Assembly (NCBI GenBank): GCA_049613665.1
Contig: JBMZCV010000010.1
Coordinates: 1 to 52,035, forward strand
DNA length: 52,035 bases
Source of the DNA: Chitinophagales bacterium
GTDB lineage: Bacteria > Bacteroidota > Bacteroidia > Chitinophagales > UBA2359
Direction of reading: 5' to 3'
The notes beneath the pieces are model-generated. The model had not been told where the DNA came from. It worked only from the letters and a program-made list of their open reading frames with translations, and made no database searches. Made by a program: the position numbers and the translations under genes. Positions 9,706 through 17,076 of this stretch are shown one piece after another; the stretch's first letter is position 1; every line of letters starts with the position of its first letter.

Positions 9706-9885
9706 CAATAGTTCTGACATTTTTTATAACAATTTTCAGTTTCATAAAAAAACTTCTTTTGACAAGTGAAACATACTATTTTCAGTTCAAAAGGCCATTA
9801 AATTTGCAAATATTGGCCACCTTAACCTAAAAAAAATAGTACGTTTAAACTTTTGATAAAAAAATGTATAAATGTCCGAACTGTT
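9706..9885 (-). mobile_element. MITE-like repeat element, copy A, about 180 bp with terminal inverted repeats, inserted between cysO and moeZ.
   Basis: Reverse-complement match to the elements at 12479-12659 and 51959-52035. The termini are CAATAGTTCTGACATTTT at 9706 and AAATGTCCGAACTGTTG at 9869-9885. Confidence 0.75.
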
Positions 9886-9917
9886 GAAATAAGAAGTTAA
9901 AAATTATTTTTTTAATG

Positions 9918-10196
9918 CTAAAAAGAGCCGCCTGCAATAGCTGGCACAATGCTAACAACTGTTTCGTTAGAAATAGCAGTTTCACTACCATCAAGGCTAT
10001 TAATGTCTTCATCGCCAACATAAATGCGGATAAAAGAGCGAATTTGCTGGTTTTTGTCCAAAATATGAGGTGCTAATTTGGGATTTGCTGCTACCAAATC
10101 GGCAATAGCTGTTTGCACATTTTGGCTATCTACATCAAAAGTTGATTGATTGCCTGTAAATTTTCTTAACGGAGTTGGAATGATAATTTTTGCCAT
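9918..10196 (-). CDS. cysO: CysO-like MoaD/ThiS-family sulfur carrier protein with a C-terminal GG-SF extension.
   Basis: 92-aa ORF. IPTPLRKFTGNQ...IRIYVGDEDI...VVSIVPAIAGG resembles CysO/MoaD2. The ORF ends GGSF-stop (stop codon TAG at 9918-9920). Confidence 0.8.
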   Translation of the reverse strand: MAKIIIPTPLRKFTGNQSTFDVDSQNVQTAIADLVAANPKLAPHILDKNQQIRSFIRIYVGDEDINSLDGSETAISNETVVSIVPAIAGGSF

Positions 10197-10247
10197 GATT
10201 TGTATATTTTTTAAGTTAATTTTTAAATGTATTTTTGCTTTTCAAGC

Positions 10248-10664
10248 TTATAAAACGCTTTCTTCATCAAATATTTTCGTTTCTTCATTGAGCCGCCACG
10301 AGCGTAAAATATCGACTTTTCCATTCATAACTGAAATAATGATGTATGAAAAAAACGGCATTGCTTGCTTCAAATCATGCACCGACGGAATGGCGAGATG
10401 ATTTGGATGTGTGTGATAAATGCCCAACAATTCAATTTGATTTGATAATGCGTATTGCTCTGCTTTCATATAGTCGAAAGGCGAAATTTCAAAACGCCTT
10501 CTTTGGTCGCCTTTTTTGCTATTTTTCGCAGGCCGTGCCAACTCGACATATCGTTTTCCGCCTGTTATTTTTCCATACAAAAAACCGCAACATTCGTTCG
10601 GAAAACTCGCTTCGCTTTGCTCAAACATCACTTTCTTTGAATTTTCATTAATGCTTATTTCCAT
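10248..10664 (-). CDS. mec: JAMM/MPN+ metalloprotease (Mec+/QbsD-like) that processes the sulfur carrier protein.
   Basis: 138-aa ORF with the JAMM motif HTHPNHLAIPSVHD (H-x-H-x7-S-x2-D) and an upstream Glu. It lies between cysM and cysO. Confidence 0.85.
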   Translation of the reverse strand: MEISINENSKKVMFEQSEASFPNECCGFLYGKITGGKRYVELARPAKNSKKGDQRRRFEISPFDYMKAEQYALSNQIELLGIYHTHPNHLAIPSVHDLKQAMPFFSYIIISVMNGKVDILRSWRLNEETKIFDEESVL

Positions 10665-10725
10665 TTTAAAATATTTTTTTATCTACAAACGTTTCGCATC
10701 TATGATGCTTTAAAATGTTTCTTTT

Positions 10726-11667
10726 TTACAAAAAAATATGCTTTAATACTTCGCCATATTTCTCTGCATTGTCTGCGAAAATCGTGACAATAGTGCCTTC
10801 TTTTATCTGTTCTGCAACTTGAATCGCACCAACCAAATTTGCGGCTGCCGAAGGACTCAATAAAATACCTTCTGTTTGTGCAACATGTCGAATCATGTCG
10901 TAAGCTTCCATCGTATCGACTTCCAAATTTTGATGTGCAATGCTGCCGTCATAAATTCGAGGCACTTTCGCTGTTTCGAGATGTTTCCAACCTTCCATAC
11001 CGTGCAAAGCCGAATTTGGCTGAAACGAAATCAGTTGAATATTAGGGTTCAACAATTGCAATTTTCGGCTTGTGCCAACAAAAGTTCCTGTTGTGCCGAT
11101 TCCTGTTGCGAAATGCGTAATTTTTTGATTCGTTTGCTCAAAAATTTCTACTGCTGTTGTCTCGAAATGTGCTTTCCAATTGTTTTCGTTAGCATATTGG
11201 TCGGCATAAAAATACTTGTTTGGATAAGCTGCTGCCAACTCTTTAGCTTTTGCTTGCGAGCCATCTGTGCCATCGAAACGAGAAGTATAAATGATTTCTA
11301 CGCCAAGAGCTTTGAGAATTTGCTTGCGTTCTGCCGAAGCATTTTCTGGCAAACACAAACTTACTTTTATGCCCAAAGCCGCTCCGATAGACGCATAAGC
11401 AATGCCTGTATTGCCACTTGTAGCGTCTAAAAGCGTTATGTTTTCATGTATAAATCCTTGATTAACAGCATTTTTTATGATGTTGAAAGCTGGCCGAGCT
11501 TTTACACTTCCACCAAGTTGTTGCCATTCTAGCTTGGCAAAAATTTGTATATTCTTTTTTTGAAAAGCTCTTTTTATTGGAAACAAAGGCGTATTTCCGA
11601 TAAAAGATTGTATGTTTTTGAGTCTTTCAAGAAGTTTTTGGCTGACTTGTCGTTTTACTTGATTCAT
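10726..11667 (-). CDS. cysM: PLP-dependent cysteine synthase of the CysM type (uses a thiocarboxylated carrier and O-phosphoserine/O-acetylserine).
   Basis: 313-aa ORF with the fold-II PLP motifs GGSVKARPAFNII and TSGNTGIAYA. It is the first gene of the cysM-mec-cysO-moeZ block. Confidence 0.85.
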   Translation of the reverse strand: MNQVKRQVSQKLLERLKNIQSFIGNTPLFPIKRAFQKKNIQIFAKLEWQQLGGSVKARPAFNIIKNAVNQGFIHENITLLDATSGNTGIAYASIGAALGIKVSLCLPENASAERKQILKALGVEIIYTSRFDGTDGSQAKAKELAAAYPNKYFYADQYANENNWKAHFETTAVEIFEQTNQKITHFATGIGTTGTFVGTSRKLQLLNPNIQLISFQPNSALHGMEGWKHLETAKVPRIYDGSIAHQNLEVDTMEAYDMIRHVAQTEGILLSPSAAANLVGAIQVAEQIKEGTIVTIFADNAEKYGEVLKHIFL

Positions 11668-11694
11668 TTTATGATAGACGTTTTTTGTATGGCG

Positions 11695-11738
11695 AAAAAA
11701 AAATGCACTTTTTCAACTGAATGAAAAAGTGCATTTTT
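11695..11738 (-). terminator. Attenuator terminator T2, a perfect intrinsic terminator 28 nt upstream of the cysM start codon.
   Basis: On the minus strand the sequence reads AAAAATGCACTTTTTC-attcagtt-GAAAAAGTGCATTTTT followed by nine T. The stem is a perfect 16 bp. Confidence 0.75.
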
Positions 11739-11763
11739 GATAAAAAATATTTTTTACAATAAA

Positions 11764-11847
11764 TTACATAGCTACGCCTTTCCACTTTTGGTGAATGAAA
11801 CAACAACAGCAGCAACAGCAATTGATATGTAAATTTGTAAATAACAT
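11764..11847 (-). CDS. Cysteine leader peptide 1: MLFTNLHINCCCCCCCFIHQKWKGVAM, with seven consecutive Cys codons.
   Basis: Reverse complement of 11764-11847 reads ATG TTA TTT ACA AAT TTA CAT ATC AAT TGC TGT TGC TGC TGT TGT TGT TTC ATT CAC CAA AAG TGG AAA GGC GTA GCT ATG TAA. It lies between terminator T1 and terminator T2. Confidence 0.7.
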   Translation of the reverse strand: MLFTNLHINCCCCCCCFIHQKWKGVAM

Positions 11848-11872
11848 GTTTAGATAATTTTTCAGTAACAAC

Positions 11873-11927
11873 AAAAAATAGAAAAAGCCTTTCTTATGAC
11901 CAAATAGTCTTGTAGAAAGGCTTTTTC
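11873..11927 (-). terminator. Attenuator terminator T1.
   Basis: On the minus strand the sequence reads GAAAAAGCCTTTCT-(20-nt loop)-AGAAAGGCTTTTTC followed by TATTTTTTGT. The stem is a perfect 13 bp. Confidence 0.65.
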
Positions 11928-11968
11928 AAACATTGCAATGTTTATATAATAACACAATCTTTCCACAT

Positions 11969-12022
11969 TTATGGACAATACATAAAACAGCAACAACAAC
12001 AAAATGAATGAATTAATCGCAT
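11969..12022 (-). CDS. Cysteine leader peptide 2: MRLIHSFCCCCCFMYCP, with five consecutive Cys codons plus one more.
   Basis: Reverse complement reads ATG CGA TTA ATT CAT TCA TTT TGT TGT TGT TGC TGT TTT ATG TAT TGT CCA TAA. It lies about 40 nt upstream of terminator T1 on the minus strand. Confidence 0.55.
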   Translation of the reverse strand: MRLIHSFCCCCCFMYCP

Positions 12023-12478
12023 AATGAGAAAGATTGAAATATTCTATATTATTTAATACTAAGCGTTTATTTTTAAACGGACTGCTATAATACGGCGTTT
12101 TTTTTAGAAAAACAAACCTAGAACATCATAAAAGTTACAAAGTGTATCTTTAATCAGTTTTGTGACATAAAATTGACTTTTTGGATTATTTTGCTTTACC
12201 CAAATAAAATAATAGTGTGTTTGTATTTGAATGTTTGCTTTTTATTCGTATTTTGAAAAAAAACAAATATTTTGCTTTTTTACTGAAAATAGTAATAAAA
12301 TAGTGCTTTTTTCCTTTTTATATTTTGACAGTTTTTTCACATTCCTTATTTTACACCATGTTTTCTAAAAAAAGATGTAAATTTATTGTTCAAGACTAAT
12401 TTTTAATTTACGCTGTGTCAAAGGCTATTGAATAATAATGCTATTTGTGCTAACACCTTAAAAAACTTGTTAGTTTAC

Positions 12479-12659
12479 CAATAGTTCGGATATTTATACG
12501 TTTTTTATCAAAGACTTAAACATATTATTTTTTTTAGGCTAAGGTGGCCACTATTTGCAAACTTTATAGCCTTTTGAACTAAAAAATAGTAGGTTTCCCT
12601 TGCCAAAAGGTGTTTTTTTATTCGACTGAAAATTGTTATAAAAAATGTCCGAATCATTG
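12479..12659 (+). mobile_element. MITE-like repeat element, copy B, 181 bp with 17-18-bp terminal inverted repeats.
   Basis: Left terminus CAATAGTTCGGATATTT; right terminus AAAATGTCCGAATCATTG, which is the inverted form. A possible 5-bp target-site duplication, TTTAC, flanks it. An internal GGCTAAGGTGGCCA core is shared with copies A and C. Confidence 0.75.
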
Positions 12660-12748
12660 TTTACATAAACTGTAAAATAAATTTGTCCAAATACTTACTA
12701 AACATAAGTTTATTTTTTAATTTATATTATAAAGTTAAATCTACTTAA

Positions 12749-13429
12749 TTGATGAAATCAAAAATTGTATTAATAACGGTTTTATTTTTCTCGCTATTCA
12801 TGTTTAGCAACTGCTCCAACTCAGCTAGTTGTACTGATGGCATTCAAAACCAAGGCGAAAGAGGGATTGATTGTGGCGACGATGCTGGCTTATGTCCTGC
12901 TTGTTCCGATTGTACCAATGGTATTAAAGATGGTGGAGAAGAAGGCATAGATTGTGGTGGGCCAAATTGCGACCCATGCGAAACAGCAGTAGCGAGCTGC
13001 ACTGATGGCATTCAAAATCAAGGCGAAGAGGGCATAGACTGTGGCGGCCCTTGTACGGCTTGCGACCCTATTATTATAGGTGGCGATGCTGCTATGACAG
13101 CAACCATAGATACGGTAGCATTTGTAGCTACTAGCGTAGTGGCAGTTGTGGTTGAGCCACTTGTGAGCATCACAGGAAATGCTGGCGATATAGGAATTGC
13201 TTTGTCTTATTCTGGCACATTAGAAACAGGTACTTTCGACTTGGCAAGTGCTACGATGACACAAGATGTTATCTCTTGTACATCTACTAGCGGCACGATT
13301 ACATTTTCGAGCGTAGATACCGACAATCAACTTTTATCTGGCTCATTCGAGTTTGATTGCAACGATATTTTGGGTGGTACAGGCGACCATAGCATCACAT
13401 CTGGTACTTTTGAAAATGTAAGTTTCTAA
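12749..13429 (+). CDS. Secreted lipoprotein with three tandem Cys-rich modules (about 25 aa, four Cys each).
   Basis: The signal/lipobox is MFSNC. The repeats are SCTDGIQNQGERGIDCGDDAGLCPAC, SDCTNGIKDGGEEGIDCGGPNCDPC and ASCTDGIQNQGEEGIDCGGPCTAC. A Thr/Ser/Val-rich C-terminal half follows. The modules are also visible as DNA repeats. Confidence 0.65.
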   Translation: MMKSKIVLITVLFFSLFMFSNCSNSASCTDGIQNQGERGIDCGDDAGLCPACSDCTNGIKDGGEEGIDCGGPNCDPCETAVASCTDGIQNQGEEGIDCGGPCTACDPIIIGGDAAMTATIDTVAFVATSVVAVVVEPLVSITGNAGDIGIALSYSGTLETGTFDLASATMTQDVISCTSTSGTITFSSVDTDNQLLSGSFEFDCNDILGGTGDHSITSGTFENVSF

Positions 13430-13447
13430 ATCTTTCTATAAAAAAAC

Positions 13448-13489
13448 AAAATGCGAATAAATCGAGTGATTTATTCGCATTTTTTATTT
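13448..13489 (+). terminator. Rho-independent terminator after the lipoprotein gene.
   Basis: Perfect 16-bp stem AAAATGCGAATAAATC/GATTTATTCGCATTTT with the loop GAGT, followed by TTATTTG. Confidence 0.7.
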
Positions 13490-13544
13490 GTCTTAGGAAT
13501 ATTATAGCGATAAGTGTTACATTTTAAAATGTAATACTTATTTT

Positions 13545-14036
13545 TTAGTGATATTTCTTCAACGCCTTTTCGCCTAATTTCGTCATATCTTGACTCCACA
13601 TCATGCCTTTGTTGCTGACCAGCTTTTTGCCATTAGGTTCAATAATGACTAAGGTAGGCAACGCCTCTACGCCATATTTATCGGCCAAAGCTTTTCCTTC
13701 TCGGCTATCGACATCTATTTTAAGATTGACAAACTCTTTGTTATACATATTAGCAACAGGTCTGCTATTAAAAACTTGCTTGTCCATAATTTTGCATGGC
13801 CCGCACCAAGTTGCATAAAAATCTATAAAAATAGGTTTATCTTCTTTTTTGGCCATCGCAACAGCATCATTGAAAGATACATTTTGGAAGTTTAGCTTAG
13901 TCGAAGTTTTCGATTTTGGGCTAGGTTTTTGGTAAGTCGTATTTTGTGATTGTCGTGGTGTACTACCACAGCTAGATAAAATGACCAATATACTAGCCAT
14001 TACAGCCACTTTTCTCATGTTTTGGAATGTTCTCAT
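13545..14036 (-). CDS. Thioredoxin-family lipoprotein (thiol:disulfide oxidoreductase).
   Basis: 163-aa ORF with the WCGPC active site (FIDFYATWCGPCKIMDK) and a signal peptide containing the lipobox LSSC. Confidence 0.8.
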   Translation of the reverse strand: MRTFQNMRKVAVMASILVILSSCGSTPRQSQNTTYQKPSPKSKTSTKLNFQNVSFNDAVAMAKKEDKPIFIDFYATWCGPCKIMDKQVFNSRPVANMYNKEFVNLKIDVDSREGKALADKYGVEALPTLVIIEPNGKKLVSNKGMMWSQDMTKLGEKALKKYH

Positions 14037-14205
14037 TGAATTGAATTAACTTTATTAAAATATAAAAAATGCAAAAATAGTATTTGCAAATTAAGGTTTG
14101 GAAGTGTTATTAAAACTGTTTTGCAATCACTATTATTTTGTAAAAATAGATATAAATAGAATAAATAAGCGTACATTTTTCATATAATAAAAAAACAATC
14201 CTATT

Positions 14206-14952
14206 CTAACAACTTAAACCGCCACAAACGCTCAAAACTTGCCCAGAAACATAGCTCGACATATCGGAAGCCAAAAAGACAGCTACATCAGCTATTTCTT
14301 TGCCTGTGCCAAAACGTCGTAAAGGTATGGTTTTCAAAAAATCGGCTTTTGTTTCTTCTTTAAGTTCGTCGGTCATATCGGTAGCTACAAAACCAGGGGC
14401 TATCACATTGCAACGTACATTACGAGAACCCAATTCTTGTGCCACAGATTTGCTAAAGCCGATAATTCCAGCTTTTGAAGCCGAATAATTTGCTTGCCCT
14501 GCATTTCCTCGCACGCCAACCACCGAACTTACATTGATAATGCTGCCTGCTTGCTGTTTCATCATGTAGCGAACTGCGTTTTTTGTGAGATTGAAAACTG
14601 ATTTCAAATTGGTGTTCATCACATCATCCCACTGGCTTTCTTTCATTCTTAGCAGCAATCCATCACGAGTGATACCTGCATTATTGACCAAAATATCAAT
14701 GCGACCAAAAGTTTTAATAACACTTTTAATGAGTGTTTGAGCTGCCTTGAAGTCTGACGCATCTGATTGGTAGCCAACTGCTTTTATGCCCAAAGCATGG
14801 AGTTCTTCTGTCAATGTTGTGGCTTTTTCGACAGACGAGCGATAGGTAAAGGCAATGTTTGCCCCTTCTTTTGCCATTTGCAAAGCCATAGCACGGCCAA
14901 TGCCTCGTGTAGCTCCTGTGATAAGGGCTACTTTGTTGGTTAATAAACCCAT
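14206..14952 (-). CDS. fabG: 3-oxoacyl-[ACP] reductase, SDR family.
   Basis: TGATRGIGRA glycine-rich motif and YSASKAGIIGF catalytic motif. The start is taken at MGLLTNKVALITG; the ORF could extend to 14979. Confidence 0.8.
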   Translation of the reverse strand: MGLLTNKVALITGATRGIGRAMALQMAKEGANIAFTYRSSVEKATTLTEELHALGIKAVGYQSDASDFKAAQTLIKSVIKTFGRIDILVNNAGITRDGLLLRMKESQWDDVMNTNLKSVFNLTKNAVRYMMKQQAGSIINVSSVVGVRGNAGQANYSASKAGIIGFSKSVAQELGSRNVRCNVIAPGFVATDMTDELKEETKADFLKTIPLRRFGTGKEIADVAVFLASDMSSYVSGQVLSVCGGLSC

Positions 14953-15072
14953 TTTTTTAGTTTTTAATTTTTTAGTCAAAAAATAAATTTACCTTACTTT
15001 TATTAAAAAAGTATAATTCGTTTGCTTTTACACAGATTTTAATCTACATTTGGATTATAATCTAAAAACAAT

Positions 15073-17073
15073 ATGACAGCTACACAAATATTTTATCAAA
15101 ACATTGCCCAAATTAGAGATTTGTTTCATAAATATGGTCGTTTTGATGATGCTAATGCCAAACTAGACGAATTGTCGAAATACTTATGTATTTATGTTTA
15201 TGAAAAACAAAGTCCAAAGTTAGCAAAATATAATATAGCAAGCTTACTTATTGAGTTTGAAAAAAACAATTCTTTTTCACTTGTTTCAAAAATTCAAGAA
15301 TTGTTTCATCAAGTTATACTTATTGATGAATTAAAAGATGCCAATGGACATTCCATATTTAAAAATTCGGCAAAGCTAAATATTGCAGCCGATGACCATC
15401 AGTTTGCTTATGCTTTATTAAAATTAGTTTGCAATGCTGTTGATGGCATTATTGAAGGCGAAAGAAACTTTGATGTTCTCAATGAATGTTTTGGACACTT
15501 TGTGAGAGCTAATTTTAGAAATCACATTGAAGATGCCCAATATATGACTCCCAATGAAGTAGTCGAATTTATTTGCGATATAGCACTTCACGATATAAAT
15601 GTCACAGATGTAGATTTAAAAGAATTTATAGTTTTAGACCCTTGTTGTGGTGTTGGCTCGTTTATTTCTACATTTTATCAAAAAAACTTAACTTCAAAAA
15701 AGGTTAAAAATCTAACAGTCATTGGCCAAGATAAAGTAGAAAGAATGGCCAGATTATCGAAAATAAACCTTTTTCTTGCCAACAATAAAAAGCATATTAT
15801 TTCAAACAACAATTCACTTTCAGGAAAGTCTGCACTTGATAATTTGCATGGAAAAGTTGATTTAATACTAACCAATCCTCCTTTTGGAGCAAAGTTTACG
15901 AGCGATGAATTAAAAGTTGATGCAAAAAAAAATTATCCTCATTTATTTGATATTATAGTAAGAAAAAACAAAACGTTTAACTCAGAAGTCTTATTCGTTG
16001 ATAAATGCCTTTCTTTGCTAAAACCAAATGGTAAATTGTTGGCAGTAGTGCCAGATAGCGTTATTTCCTCTAAGGGCCTTAATGAAATGTTAAGACGTAG
16101 ATTAGCGTATAAAAATAATATTCACATTAAAGCTATTATAGAATTGCCAAATGTCACTTTCGCACAAGCAGGCACACGCACCAAAACAAGTATTCTTTAT
16201 ATTGAGAAAGGAACAAGCAAAATTTCTAATACTTTTATTGCGAAAAGCGAAAGTATTGGTTTTGAAGTTAGTACCAAAAAAGGTGCAACCATAAAACATG
16301 AGCAAGGCGAAAATGATTTGTTAAGTATTTTTAAAGCTTATGTTTCGCAAATGGATTTTAAGAATGGTTTGGATATTCAAAAAGTCATTCAAAAACAGCC
16401 TTCTTGTGTTGCTATTCCTTCCGAATGGTTAAAAGAACAAACATGGACTCCCAACCATTATAAAGCATCAAAATTTACTTCTTTTGATAATATGAAAATT
16501 CCAGCAAAAGAAGTAAACTTTGTAAAGTTGTCAGATATTGCATTTTTCGATACCAAAAAGAGAAAGAAAGAAATTTTGGCCAATGATGCAAAATGTATTA
16601 GCGTACTTCATATAAACGATGAAAATTTAAACTATGAAGATTTTCTAAATTATGCTCCCAAATATATGGGCATTCCTTGTCAAAATGGCGATTTGCTCTT
16701 TTCAAAAATAAACCCTAGAATTGTTAGAATATTTGTTATACCTAATTTACCTTATGCTTTAAGCTGTTCTTCCGAATTTGAAGTACTCAATTCTTCAACC
16801 GAACTGAGCAATTATGCTCTAAAAATGTTGTTATTGTTGCCTGCTGTTCAAATTCAAATTAAAGCTTCTACTTCTGGCACATCGTCTTCTCACAATAGAA
16901 TAAAAACTAACGAATTATCTAATCTTATTATTCCAATGCCCAAAAAAGGTAGCAACTATTATACATCTTTTATTGAAAAAGCAAAAAAATACGAAGAAGA
17001 CAGTATCGCCTACAACAATTTAATTTTTACTATGTATAAAACTAAAATGGAAGTTTTCGACATGGTTGAATAA
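15073..17073 (+). CDS. Gamma-class N6-adenine DNA methyltransferase with its own target-recognition region (Type II-like restriction-modification methylase).
   Basis: 666-aa ORF. Motif X (AQYMTPNEVVEFI), motif I (VLDPCCGVGSFI) and motif IV (LTNPPFGAKF) are present, with a C-terminal region of about 300 aa. The local sequence is A+T-rich. Confidence 0.8.
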   Translation: MTATQIFYQNIAQIRDLFHKYGRFDDANAKLDELSKYLCIYVYEKQSPKLAKYNIASLLIEFEKNNSFSLVSKIQELFHQVILIDELKDANGHSIFKNSAKLNIAADDHQFAYALLKLVCNAVDGIIEGERNFDVLNECFGHFVRANFRNHIEDAQYMTPNEVVEFICDIALHDINVTDVDLKEFIVLDPCCGVGSFISTFYQKNLTSKKVKNLTVIGQDKVERMARLSKINLFLANNKKHIISNNNSLSGKSALDNLHGKVDLILTNPPFGAKFTSDELKVDAKKNYPHLFDIIVRKNKTFNSEVLFVDKCLSLLKPNGKLLAVVPDSVISSKGLNEMLRRRLAYKNNIHIKAIIELPNVTFAQAGTRTKTSILYIEKGTSKISNTFIAKSESIGFEVSTKKGATIKHEQGENDLLSIFKAYVSQMDFKNGLDIQKVIQKQPSCVAIPSEWLKEQTWTPNHYKASKFTSFDNMKIPAKEVNFVKLSDIAFFDTKKRKKEILANDAKCISVLHINDENLNYEDFLNYAPKYMGIPCQNGDLLFSKINPRIVRIFVIPNLPYALSCSSEFEVLNSSTELSNYALKMLLLLPAVQIQIKASTSGTSSSHNRIKTNELSNLIIPMPKKGSNYYTSFIEKAKKYEEDSIAYNNLIFTMYKTKMEVFDMVE

Positions 17074-17076
17074 AAT

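Noticed and set aside
9686-9745. N-terminal 20-aa extension of the moeZ ORF (MKLKIVIKNVRTIVIYKNKK).
   Set aside because: The extension is encoded by the terminal inverted repeat of the inserted MITE copy. The conserved protein begins at MSDNKIKF.
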